Below, in pieces: positions 13,772-26,119 of a stretch of DNA of 64,000 nt (its first letter is position 1; each line of letters begins with the position of its first letter). The DNA is from Cycas panzhihuaensis (Eukaryota; Plantae; Cycadophyta). Both the position numbers and the translations under genes were made by a program. The stretch covers positions 214,341,741 through 214,405,740 of the forward strand of contig CM041465.1 of NCBI GenBank assembly GCA_023213395.1. The letters are read 5' to 3'. The notes beneath the pieces are model-generated. The model was not told where the DNA came from. It did not search any database and saw nothing but the letters and a program-made list of their open reading frames with translations.

Positions 13772-14416
13772 TGTTGGATATTGTGACAATAATAGTTTGA
13801 GGCTAAAATTTTGGCATGTTGGCGGCACAATTTCCCCCCCTAATCTTTCTCATGGGGTTCCAAGGGGGGCAAGAGCCCCCCTTGGCCAGGGGGTGTGGGG
13901 GTGGTGGAACACCTCCCGCTAAGAGGGGTTTCAGGGGCGATAGCCCCTGACCTGAAAAATTAGCCCTGTAAACCATATTAAATTGTAAAGAGAATTAGGG
14001 TCATTCGATACAAATACCCTAGACTCTATAGCTGAGATTTATGCCTTGGATGACCCTCTCATGTAGTCCAATTTGGGACTTTTCTTAATATGTTGTATGT
14101 GTTATAATGTACTATGATGAGGGCAGTGGCTAGTTGTTGTTCCAGAGAGCACTTTGCTACTGAGATGTACTTTTTCTCCATTCTACAACAATAAAGATCT
14201 ATACCTTTCCTATGTAGATGTTTCCCTAGCACATCGCTAGGGTTTTACCACATTATATAGGGTTCATATGTGATGTTTGGCTTTCATATTCATGTTATTT
14301 TATTATCTCTATTTTTAGAACTTGCATGTTAAATTTTAGTTTCGATTCCTATAACTAGCTGTAAAATAGTTTAGATCTTGTGGCGGTTTAAGGTTTGGGA
14401 CCTTGTATTCTCAATA
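13772..14416 (+). repeat. 3' LTR of Copia B
   Basis: Direct repeat of 9085-9728, preceded by the PPT; terminal CA decayed to TA. Confidence 0.94.
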
Positions 14417-14914
14417 GATGTGAGAACTAAGTAGGAGATTAGGTAAATGTAGCATGTTATTCCTTATAGTAGGACTAATAAGATCTCATAAGGATGGATC
14501 CCTAATTAAATCTCAAATAGTATAAGAAAGACAAATCAAATCTCATAGAAAACTTGGCAATCTTAATGGCAAAAACTCGACGAAGAACACACACAAAGTA
14601 TCTCTCAAAACTCAATCAAAAGGGACTCATACTAGCCTACTTTACTCCTATTGGATTGCTAATAGATGGCCAAATTATTCCCCCACTCTGCTTCTCTCTC
14701 TCAAATAATTGAGTCAATCCTAAATCAAAAATCATGCCATGACTTTTGGCCATGATCTAGTTGATTTCTAATAAGATTTTTATATGGATAAGGTTAAGAA
14801 GAAGTTAAAGAGGATAAGGTAGAAAATTCTTATAGATCTATAAGACAAGAACTGAGGAAAAAATGGAATCAGTATCTTTGTTTAAAAAAAAAATTATGTA
14901 ACATAGTGAAAAGT

Positions 14915-15130
14915 ACGAGTCGTGTTTTATGAATAACAAAAAATATAACCTCCTCAATAAAATATGACTAATTGCAACCAACAAAAAATGTGAGCTTCTT
15001 AATAAAACTTGATCAATTATGGCTAATAAAAAATTGAGTGACCTAAAAAATATGAACTTCCTTATAGCATATAATTAGGTAACATTTTATTAAGAAGGTC
15101 ATGTTTTTGGGCTAACTAAAAATATGACTA
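14915..15130. repeat. Cluster of AAAAAYRTGACC-like motifs in both orientations
   Basis: AAAATATAACC, AAAATATGACT, AAAAATGTGAGC, AAAAATATGAAC, GGTAACATTTT, GGTCATGTTTTT within ~215 bp. Confidence 0.6.
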
Positions 15131-15922
15131 ATAAGAAATAGCTAGAAACTCATAAAAATAAAAATTTTCTCAAACAAAATTAGACTACAAAGGATTATTG
15201 AGTTTAAGCATTGACTGGTAAAGCTAAAACTAGTGAAACTTATGGTTATAAATAGAATTAAACATGTAAAAAGGTCAATTAAGACAAGTTGAAGTAACAT
15301 CAAATGATAAGTAGAATGACAATTAAAGTATTTAAACAAGATGATGTTAAATTGGGTAGAAAATAATACATACTGCATAGTATGTCATTAGCAAGTGGAT
15401 AATACCAATCATTTAGTCATCATATCTTAGTCTAAAGTGACAAAATAAAAGATCAAACACATGTACAATCATAACTAAACTATGAAATGATGAATCAAAA
15501 GTTAATCACTAATTCTAAAGAATATCAAACATATATTCAAATGCACACATCATAGTCAATTATTTAATAGTCTATGGTAAATGATTTAATAGTGAGCCTA
15601 ATTCAGTGAAAGGGCCTAATTTTGGTAAAACAATAGTTGCATTGAAGAATGAAGGAAGAGAGGGACACTGAGGGCATTTCCTCCATTCAACTATGGTGAC
15701 ATTGAGAGATCCAAGAGTTTGGTTTGTATGCCACATTTAGGCAAAATATATGAAAGATCCTTATTCCATGGAAGGTCAAATATAGTCCAAGGATATGGTG
15801 AAAGTATAGGTTATAGGTTTGTCTTGATTTAGTTGATTAATCTAATAAGGAAATTTATTAAAGACTTGTGGTATTCTATATAGTGGTTGAACACAATAAC
15901 AATGCAATTCATAGAGGATTGG

Positions 15923-16458
15923 TGTTAGATATATAACAATAATTATGAGAAGGCTTTAATTTTTAAGACCTTTATCAGCATGGTTTCCCCACCAATCTTT
16001 CCTTGAGGGGATTTAAGGGGGGCAAAGCCCTCCTTAGCTAAGGGGGGTGTGGGGAATCTAAGCCATTCATAAAAAAGACCTAGATCCAATAGCTACGATT
16101 GATGTGCCTTTCTTATAACCCATTTTTAGGGTAATTATATTATATTGTATTGCATCATGATGGGGCGATTGTTGGTTGTTATTATTGTGAAAATTCTGTG
16201 GAGACTACATATATAATCTTTTATTCTTGACTAATAAAGATTGATACCTTTCCTATGTGGATGTTTCCCTAACACTCTGCTAGGGTTTTATCACATTAAA
16301 ATCTATGTAATGGTTAATTTGTATGCTTTATTATGTATGTTAAATAATCTTTGGTTTTAGATACTTACATCTATTATAGTTTTGAATCCTTGTTATTGTT
16401 GTAAAATAATTAGATCTTGGTGGTTGGTTTTGGTTAGTTAGACTAGGTTTCCTCTACA
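15923..16458 (+). mobile_element. Solo LTR related to the Copia B LTR family
   Basis: TGTTAG...CTACA, 536 bp; TSD ATTGG/ATTAG; shares the AATAAAGAT..TACCTTTC..TGTGGATGTTTCCCTA..CTAGGGTTTT block and a G-rich U3 module with the B LTRs; no PBS or PPT. Confidence 0.85.
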
Positions 16459-17590
16459 ATTAGATTTTTTTATTTAAATTAATTCTCACTTTATTTGACA
16501 AGTATAGTAATTATTTTATTATATCCAAAAATGTTGCTCTATAACACTTGGGTTAAAGATATATTAAATTAGAGCTCTAGGATATAATCATAGAGATAGT
16601 CATCAAAAACACAGACTAGAAGATGATTAGTGTAGAAGTTAAAGGCTATGGACTTGTATTTATAAATTCAGAAAAAAAGGGAAAAAAAAACATGGATTTA
16701 GCTGTAGCAAAATGAAAGTTAAGTTTGACTATAAGGGCTCTTACAATTAGTATTTGTATTTTGCATAAACTATCATTTATATTTACCAAAGATTAATGGC
16801 ATGTAATATTGTTCGTAATACATTGGTGGATTTAAAGCATTAACACAATTCAAGATGTACTGGACTTTAAGTTCTCACAAAATAGATCAGGTGTTCTATA
16901 TACAATCCAAACCAACATGAGGGGCCATCACAAGTAGGTGACAAATTTGCTAATATGAGTCTTCAAGAACCTTAATAAGAAGGTAGATATGTCCATAAGT
17001 CCTTAAGCATAAAAAGTAAGCCTCATGATTGATATCTTAAAAAATAAAACAGAAGGATTTAATATAGCCTAATTGACACTAACACCACATATTATCCTTC
17101 TCAAATATTAGATATATTTCTATTTTTGTAGTTTATTAATAGCCTGCACCAATAAATTAAAATTCTATTTTTTTAAATGAAAAAAATTAGTTTATATTAC
17201 ATAAATTATTATAAAATACAACTTAAGGGCATTCTTCAAAAAATATATTAAAAAAAAAAAATTATGGAGGCATTTTCCATATAAGAGAGATAAGATAACC
17301 AAATCCATAAATCAATCTGTGTAGAATACATTCTTCAAAATTGTTCAACTAATTAATTAGAGGAATTGACTTTAAGATATACAACTAGAAAAAGATTATT
17401 CATTAACTACTTTTCTGTTTCTTGCCAACTAGTTGAGAAGAAGATCAAAGATATGCTACCTCATTATTTTCTTCTTCAATATTAAGTTGGGGAGGGGATT
17501 AGGTCCATATTGCTAATAATGTATTTAAAATGTTCTTCTTGTACTATATAGTGACACCAGTGCATATGATCCAAAGGAAGACATGCAAGG

Positions 17591-17950
17591 TGTTAGATAT
17601 TAATATTTATTTTGTGGTTCATAACCTTAAGTTATAAACCTCCCCTTTAATATTTTACATTATATTAATGTAGTACTATTTTATGATTTGTGGGTGATGA
17701 GTCAATAGGGGTTATGATTATTCCCTCACATGTGTCACATTAGGTTGGATTAATATTCTTTTCATTATGATATATAGTTACATATAGGTCATTTTGTAAA
17801 ATGGAAGAGTAAGAACAAAGGATTTTTTAGTCAGATTGTAATGTGAGATATTTATTAAATAAAGATTATATCAAATATTATAATTAATTTCTAATGTTTT
17901 GATAGTTAATCCTAACAGTTGTTGGCTCCATTGCATGCCTTACTATAACA
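17591..17950 (+). repeat. 5' LTR of Copia C
   Basis: TGTTAG...TAACA; direct repeat of 24005-24364. Confidence 0.92.
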
Positions 17951-18124
17951 TCTTAGTATTAGAGTAGATTTAGTGTACATTATCAACTATAATTACTAAT
18001 TAACATACTAGCTCTAATTGTGGCTCAAGATTCACATATTTGGCATGCATTAAGTTCTAGTTTTTAGCTAGGTTATTTAGTTATTAAGGCACATTTAGCA
18101 TGCATGTTATACAAACTTGAATTA

Positions 18125-18260
18125 CAGGTAGTTAGACACTAATATGTGGGCTTGAGGAAGACATATAGAAATAAATACATGCATGCAGGTAATCAGACAC
18201 CAATTTGTAGCCTTTATGAGACATGCAATAAAACATATATCACATGTAGGTAGAAAAACT
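18125..18260 (+). repeat. Degenerate 61-bp tandem repeat in the Copia C leader
   Basis: Units starting YAGGTA at 18125, 18186 and 18247; the first two share AGACAC.AAT.TGT and AGACAT. Confidence 0.5.
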
Positions 18261-19899
18261 CATACGCAAGCTAATAGGTAGTCTCTAAAGACAAAGGACT
18301 ATTCTACCTACTATTAACAAGTTATTGATATTAAAAGACTCTTTCAAGGACAATTATTTGGGTCATATATGGTGTGGTGATATTTGCTTATCACTGTTAA
18401 AATGAAAAAAATAAGATATGGTGATGAAAAATCTCTACAAATATTGAGTGAAACTTATTATAAACATTGAATTAAAATACTAACTTAAAGATTAAAATAA
18501 TGATTTTTTTATAATTTTTAAGAAAAGGCCTTTTATTAAAATAAGAATATTCTAAATTACATAATATAGATTTTAAACTATATAAAAATAAAAAAATGTT
18601 GGCTCCCTATGAATTTTGGTGACCTATGTAAACTTATAAACGATGTACAACTTTGTATATTCAATCAAGCAATGCCTATTTGATTAGATTTCACCTAGTA
18701 GAGGATGGAAAGACTCCACTATAAGTCACTCACTTAGAGAAGAGTCACACACATCAATGCACATAAACTAGAAGCATCTCATAGTGTAAAATGAAGCCAT
18801 CTTAAATTAAGAATAAAGATGTCCATTATAGAGAGCACATGCCAAAAGCCACCTATAGCACAGTTCATTACCAATGTTATGCATAAGTAGATGATCATGT
18901 TTAAATATATGAGAAAAAACTTAATATATTATCACCAAAAATGCCTATGAGAAAAAATTCAATGGTAGAAGTACTAAAGGATGTAGAGATGCCTCATGCA
19001 CAAAAGGATAAGTAATGAAGAAGCTTGAAAACATAATTGCCAACATGAGGAAATGCCCATTAATGAACATACCCTGAACATGTTAACAATGTAAATAATA
19101 GAGGCATCAATCAATTCAATCCATTGAAGAGCAAATATATCCACATGTAAAGGAAATGAGGAAGGATGCCAGCATGCCACTAAGTGAATAAAGACTAAAG
19201 ACAAGCTAGATGGAGGCCAAATTGAGATAAGGTTAAGCAAGGCCAAATGTAGACTTAAGGAGGAACATGAATCTTTATTACATGCCCAATTATACTAGAT
19301 GCAATGAAGTCCCTCAGTGTGACCTATCAAATCTACTATTTATTATGTGACTATGCACTAGGGAAGAAAATTTCATGAAAAATAAATTTGTTTATGAGAT
19401 GTAACTAATTTTAAGGAGGGGTCCATCCATTGCCTATGCATTATGGAGGAATGTCCTTGAAGAATATTCTAAAAATAAACTTTGGTTGAAAAAATATTTA
19501 ACCTTTCATAAAGTTTATATGACATTAAATTAAATTGGAAAGTGATTTGAGTTTTATAAGTTAGCCCCCTACTTGCTAGCTACTAGTCACATGGGTATCT
19601 AGGTGCCATAGCCATTTTAAAACCATTAGGAGCCTATTTTACAAATATAAATATACCAAGATAATTAAAATTTTAAGAGATTTGATTTGATAGTGGTCAT
19701 ATATTGTACTTTTTCATAAATTTATAGTAAAAAAATAAAATTTATAGTATTTTATCTACTTACAAGTAGACCAAGGCAAAAAACCACTCATACTAGCTAC
19801 CTGCATGCTAATTGAGAACTCATATAGCCTTCTTTCTTTATTTTTATGCTTGTTTCTTTTTTTACTTTATAGTTGTTTTTTGTTACTTAATACTTAAAA

Positions 19900-22800
19900 A
19901 TGTCTATTGGAAGTGGCATATTAAGAACTCTCATAGAGAGACTTACAGGTCCTAAAAACTACATTATATAGAAGCACCATATGTTTAGCTTTTTCCATCT
20001 AAATGATCTCTAAAAATACATTGATAAACTAATTAAGAATAATGATGCTAAAGAGATCACTACTGAAAATAAGACTACTGATACCACATTTAATGCTAAA
20101 TATCAATCAAATATGAGGATCATGTTTAGGTTTCTTAACATATCGATCAATGGAAACATCATCATATATATCAAGGGATCTACAACATCAAAGGATCTAT
20201 TTAAGTGTAAGGACGATGTGAGAGCTCTTAATCTATAGAGTCAACTATACAATTTGAAGATGACTAGGAATATAGTAGATTACATATGACATGTGAGATT
20301 CATTAAGGATTAATCAGTGACCCTAGGTGAGATAGTTCCTAATTCAATTTTTTTTTACTATGCACTAAGAAGTTTATCAGCTCAGTATAAAAATTTCACA
20401 ACCATTCTAACGTTGGCAAATAAATTATCCACTCTCACAATTAGATCCTTAGAACTGCTACTTATAGAACATAAGTAGAAGCTGAAATATATATATGGAG
20501 AATCATCTGGAGTATTGCCATCTAGATAAAAGGGGAAAAGGCCCTTTGTTCTAAAGAAAAATATCCCTTTTAAACCCATATTTCAAAAGGAAAAATTAAG
20601 AACATCAAAAGGATAATATACGCTAAAGTGTTAACATTGTAGGAAACTAGACCATATCAAAAAGGACTATTGGGAGTGGTAGCATCAACACTATTAGTAA
20701 TAGTAATAACAACTCCAATGATAGAGGCAACAATAGTAGAAACAATAATGGTAACCACCTAAGCAACGTGGTCATATCTTAGATGTAGAAAACAATATGC
20801 CTACTAAGATTTCAAAATGTTTGTTTGTTGCAGTATAAAAAATAGATTTGGATACATAGGATGTTTAGTTTATTGATTCTAGTATATCATGATACATGAC
20901 AAGAAGAATAGAATAGTTCTTTCAAATATAGGAAGTATATCAAAAGGTCACCATTGGTGATGATACTTATTTGGGGGCCACATGAGTAAGAAAAGTTTTA
21001 ATAATTATGTTGAATAGATAACATTAATATCTAAACAATATTTTATATATACCAAATCTAAAGGTTAACCTTGCTTATATTGAGGAGAGTGAATAACAAG
21101 ATATAACTATGATGTTTCCTTAAGGATAATGCACGATCTAAGATAAACAAAATAATATTGTAGCCAAGGATATCATGGAAAATAACTTATATAAATTATA
21201 AGGACACTCTTTTGTATAGATAACATTCCTATCTATATCTCTAAAATAGAAGCTATGGCATGAATATATGGGTCACTTAAACTACACTAGTCTCTAATTG
21301 ATATATAAGCTAAAAATAGTACATGGTCTTCCCATGATAAATAATAAAGTTTATTTATGTAAATATTTAGAAAACAACATAGAGAACCCTTTCCTAAAAA
21401 GAAGGTATGGAGAGCCAAAGAGAAATTAAAATTTATTCACTCAAATATTTATGGATGGATGCTTATCATCTTACTATGAGGAGCAATATATTTCATCACT
21501 TTTATTGATTACTTTTCATAAAATATCTAGGTTTTCATATTAAGAGAAAAATTACAAGCCTTCACCTACTTCAAATAGTTCAAAGAGTTGGTAAAAAATA
21601 AAAGTGGTCTAAAGATTAAGGTCTTACAAGATGACAAAGATGCAAAATACACCTTAAGTGAATTCATACAATTCTATAAGGATCATAGGATCAAGAGATA
21701 GTTTGTTATAACCTATACACCTTAGACAAATGGAGTTACTAAGTGGATGAACATAATGTTAACTAAAAAATCCAAGGCCATGATGTAAGGTAAGAATGTA
21801 ATAAATTTCTTATGGGTAGAAGTTATCAACATAATAATATATTTGGAAAATAGAATTACTACCAAGGCTATTAGAACATAACACCTAAGGAAGCTTAGCT
21901 AGGTATAAAATAAACTATAAGTGATCTCTAAATTTTTGGTTGTACAATATACATGTATATCCCCAAGGAGACATGACAAAAGTTAGATGAAAAACACACA
22001 AAATACATTCTTGTTAGATACTCTAAGGAAATAAATGATTATAAGGTATACGAGTTATTGACTTAAAAAGTTCACACAACTCTTGATATGATATTTTAGG
22101 AAGATAAGACATAGAATATTGGTTTAACTAATGTTGAAGACTAGGATGAGAAGCCACCTAAATACAATTCTTTATATGGCATTATTCAACTTGAGTATAA
22201 TCCATTCAATATTACTATAATAGCAATTGGAACCCTTCCCATTTTTAAAAGTTAATTTTGAGTAGAAGCTAAAGGTAAAGGTAAATTCAAAGCCTGAGCT
22301 AAAGATTCTATTAGATACTCCACCTTAGTCTTCAAAGAAGTTTCCAAAATGGTATTTGAAAACCATGGAGGATGCTAAAAGAGTGTTTTCTAAATTTAAA
22401 GGAAGGCAAAAATAAAAAAATATAACCCTCTAAACTTGTAAATATGTCACTTATTATATGAGTGCTAGATGTAGATATATTATCTATAATTAAAGAATCA
22501 CCAAAATAAAAGAAATGGTATGATGTTATGGAGACTAAAATCTAAGTAGTCAAGAGAAACTATATATGGGATCTAGTAGAATTACCAACAGATGCAAGTG
22601 GATCAAAGAAATTGACTTCAAATATGATGGATTTGTAGATAGGTATAAAATATGACTTATTGTGAAATGCTTCAAGTAATAAGAAAGGATTGACTACTAA
22701 GAGATATTCACTCCTATTGCAAAAATAAATACCATACAACTCATTATGGTGATAGCTACATAATTCAATTGGTAACTACATTAGTGGATGTGAAAAGTAC

Positions 22801-23975
22801 ATTTTTGAATAGGGAGTTAAATGAAGAAGTCTACATGGAGTAGACACTTAGCTTCATTGAAAGAGGCCATGAGCACTTCATATGTTGACTTAGGAAGGTC
22901 TTATATGGCCTAAAATAAGCTCCTAAATCCTAATATGGGAAAATAAGTTAGTATTCTTAAAAAAATAGGATTGTAAGATCTCTAACTAACTTAAACTTAT
23001 ACATTAAAGTAAAGAATGATAAAATATTATTTGTAGTTTTATATGTTAATAATATACTAATCATAAGTAATAATATTAATATGATATCACATTTGAAGGT
23101 ATATTATAGCCATTACTTTAAAATAATTAATCTAGAGATTATATACTACTTCCTTAGGGTGGAAGTATGGAAAAGGCCTAGACATGTCTTTATCTCTTAG
23201 GCAAAGTATACTCAGAAAATTTTAAAGAAATTTAAAATGGAAGATTTTAAATCTACACTTACCCCCATGGAGATAGGTTCTAGATTGATAATAGAAAATG
23301 GTGGAGTTGATGTTGATATGACATTATATATATAACTAGTCAGAAGTCTATTATACCTAATCATTATAAAACTTGATATATGCTATGTAGTTACAATAGT
23401 GTCTAGGTTTATGACAATGCCAAAATAGGGTCACTAGAAAGTTGTAAAAAGAATAATTAAATACTTAAAAGGAATGATTTACTATGGACTCAAATTTCAA
23501 TATAATAATAACTTTAAGTTGAAAGGATTCATAGATTCTAATTAGGCCAAATATGTAGATAGTACAAGGTCAACTTCTAGGTATTATTTTAGTATGGGTT
23601 CAATTACCATTACATGGAGTGGTAAAAAGTAATGAAATGTCACTTTATTATATACTAAAGTAGAGTACAAGGCTATAGTTTTATTAGTTACATAAGCTAT
23701 TTAGTTATATTAGATTATAGAGAACATAGGATTACAATAATCACAACCAACTATATTATACTATAATAATCAAAATACCTTGAAGATTGCCAAAAACATT
23801 ATGTTCTATACTCACAGTAAACATATAAAGGTGCATCATTACTTTATTTAGGAATTAATTTAGAAAGGTATTATAAAAATAATGTATAGGCCTACTGAAG
23901 AATATTTGTATGAGATCTTCACCAAATCTCTAGTACAATATAGATTTTAGACTCTAAGAGATGGTTTAAGTGTCA
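19900..23975 (+). pseudogene. Copia gag-pol pseudogene (C)
   Basis: Manual translation: zinc knuckle C*HCRKLDHIKKD at ~20630, protease IDSS..*YM at ~20872, LWHEYMGH at ~21255, YFITFIDY at ~21490, LYGLK*AP at ~22900, decayed YVNN at ~23042, RNase H to ~23960. Confidence 0.88.
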
Positions 23976-24004
23976 AGAAATATAAAATTAATATTAAGGG
24001 GGAG

Positions 24005-24364
24005 TGTTAGATATTAATGTTTATTTTATAGTTCATAACCTTAAGTTATTAACCCCCCTTTTAATATTTTATATTATATTAATGTAGGATTATTTTATGA
24101 TTTGTTAGTGATGAGTCAATAGAGGTTATGATTCTCACCTCATACACATTACATTAGGTAGGATTAATATTCTTTTTATTGTTATATATAGTTACTTATA
24201 GGTCATTTTCTAAAATAGAAGATCAAGAAGTAAAGATTATTAAGTCAGATTGTAATATGAGACATTTATTTAATAGAGATTATATCAAATATTAGAATTA
24301 ATTTCTAATATTTTGATGGTTAATCTTATCAATTATTAGATCCATTGTATGCCTTACTATAACA
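24005..24364 (+). repeat. 3' LTR of Copia C
   Basis: Repeat of 17591-17950 directly after the PPT. Confidence 0.92.
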
Positions 24365-26119
24365 TAAGGCTAACAATCTAGTCTCCTAATAAGGTGAAGA
24401 TACAAAGGCAAGATAAGATTATAGATTGAGAAACTTGGCTAGTCACAAGGCATCTTCACTTGACTCAACTTAGTAAAGTCACTATTATAGAAGACCTCAT
24501 GTTCTTATCTATATCAAGGAGGGTCAAATTATTGGTAAGTAACTATTTCCAAATGTTAGTAGCCATAACATTATCATGTAATATAACTCTCATCCATAAC
24601 ACTAAGAATAACGTTAAAACAAAATAAAAATCAATTAGAGAAGGGGAAATACATTTTTAAAGATAACATAAATATGAGTTTTCTAGAGGTGATAAATGAT
24701 TTATATATGAAGAATATAAAATCATGAAAACCCATGTCAAGTACATCAAGAATCCCAAATGAAATGATAAAAAGGTCAAATAATTAAAACTAAATAATAG
24801 AAGTATATGATTGAACTTCTAATTAAATCACTTATATATATAAACTAATCAAAATTGTCTTTAAGATTCTTATTCTCCTATAAATAAATGACATATAATT
24901 TTATCTCATGTAAATCATCAATCAAACATATAACATAAACTCACAATTGGCATGCAAGCATGAGCTTATTCATACAATTGATTAGAGAGCTAAATAAAAG
25001 CATAGCAAGATTTCACTATTTAAGTAATGGCATGAACCATGAGTTTATCAAGTTCACTCTATTTATTTTAAGAGGAAATAACAATGAATCATATAAAATC
25101 TATTATTCTAAATCTTTTCTATTCATGCATCTTATTTATAAGAAAGGAGAAATCAAGCAAAGAATCAAGGAGTAATATCAAATAGCCATAAAAATCCTCT
25201 ATACAAGTGATGATTTTTATGCTTGAGGATAGTAATCTTCCTTTAAGTAACCAAACTTTCACCAATTCTTTCCTTTAAAACAAGCATCAAAGAAGAAGAA
25301 ACTAAGAAAAGATCAAAAAACTACCATTAAGGAGAAGGGGATAAGGCAAAAGACTCTTGGGAAATTTAGGTTACTATAGATAATGGGAAGGACTAGTTAT
25401 GTATTAAGATGAAGAGGAAGATCTCTCTTCATAATAGATAACTCCTTTTATTTCCATAAAGGTCTAATCTTTCATCTAAGGTTTGCCCAAGGAAAAAATA
25501 GAATCACAAGCAATACTAAAATAAAATATGGAAGAAAGCATAACCTAAACACAAAATCATCAAGAAAGTCTTAGAAAGTATACAAGAATGGCAAAATAGC
25601 ATTACTAGACTTCTTGAAAGAGTATTAGAGTCCTAAACCAAATTTTGCAATAGATAAAATACTTTAATAGGCCTTAGAAAGTTAGATTACGATAGTATAG
25701 ATCAGGTTTTTAGAGCTCCAAGTTTCTTTCCCTCTTGATTCTTACTTCTTTTCTCTAAAAAGATGTAACTACCAAAACTCATAATCATACAATCATTACC
25801 CTCCATCTCATCTCTAAGGGTTTTGAGGGGCTTTTAGGAACCATTACCCTCCATTCTTTCAAAAGAATCAAAAAGTAAAACAGATACTCAGACTTTCTCA
25901 TAACTTAAAATATAATAACACCAATAAGTGTGTATACACCTAAATATAATCAAAACTAAAAGAGAAACATTTAACCATAAATAATCCATTAATTCTTACT
26001 ATGATAGGGGATATAAAAAGGGGGCATGCTAATCAAGGATAAGAGTCACTTAATCATAAAAATTATAAAATACACATCATAAAATAATGTATAAATCATG
26101 AGAAATAATGTATATTATA

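Larger units (their letters stand above)
9085..14416 (+). mobile_element. Ty1/Copia LTR retrotransposon B (Tnt1/Tork-like), full length, degenerate
   Basis: LTRs 9085-9728 and 13772-14416; PBS TGGTATTATAGCC 9731-9743; PPT 13760-13771; TSD GATAT (9080-9084) / GATGT (14417-14421). Confidence 0.96.
7765..16932 (-). repeat. Candidate long 5' LTR of Gypsy-1 (~3.3 kb after removing Copia B and the solo LTR)
   Basis: Inner end set by the PBS. Outer end is tentative, from an LTR-terminus-like GGGGCCATCACA at 16921-16932. The partner LTR is outside the window, so this is unverified. Confidence 0.35.
17591..24364 (+). mobile_element. Ty1/Copia LTR retrotransposon C, full length, heavily decayed
   Basis: 360-bp LTRs 17591-17950 and 24005-24364; decayed PBS TAGTATTAGAG 17954-17964; PPT ..AAGGGGGAG ending 24004; TSD CAAGG/TAAGG. 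Confidence 0.93.

Noticed and set aside
17280-24560. Possible minus-strand reading frame spanning the Copia C insertion site
   Set aside because: Many stops and no recognisable motif; cannot be told from chance.
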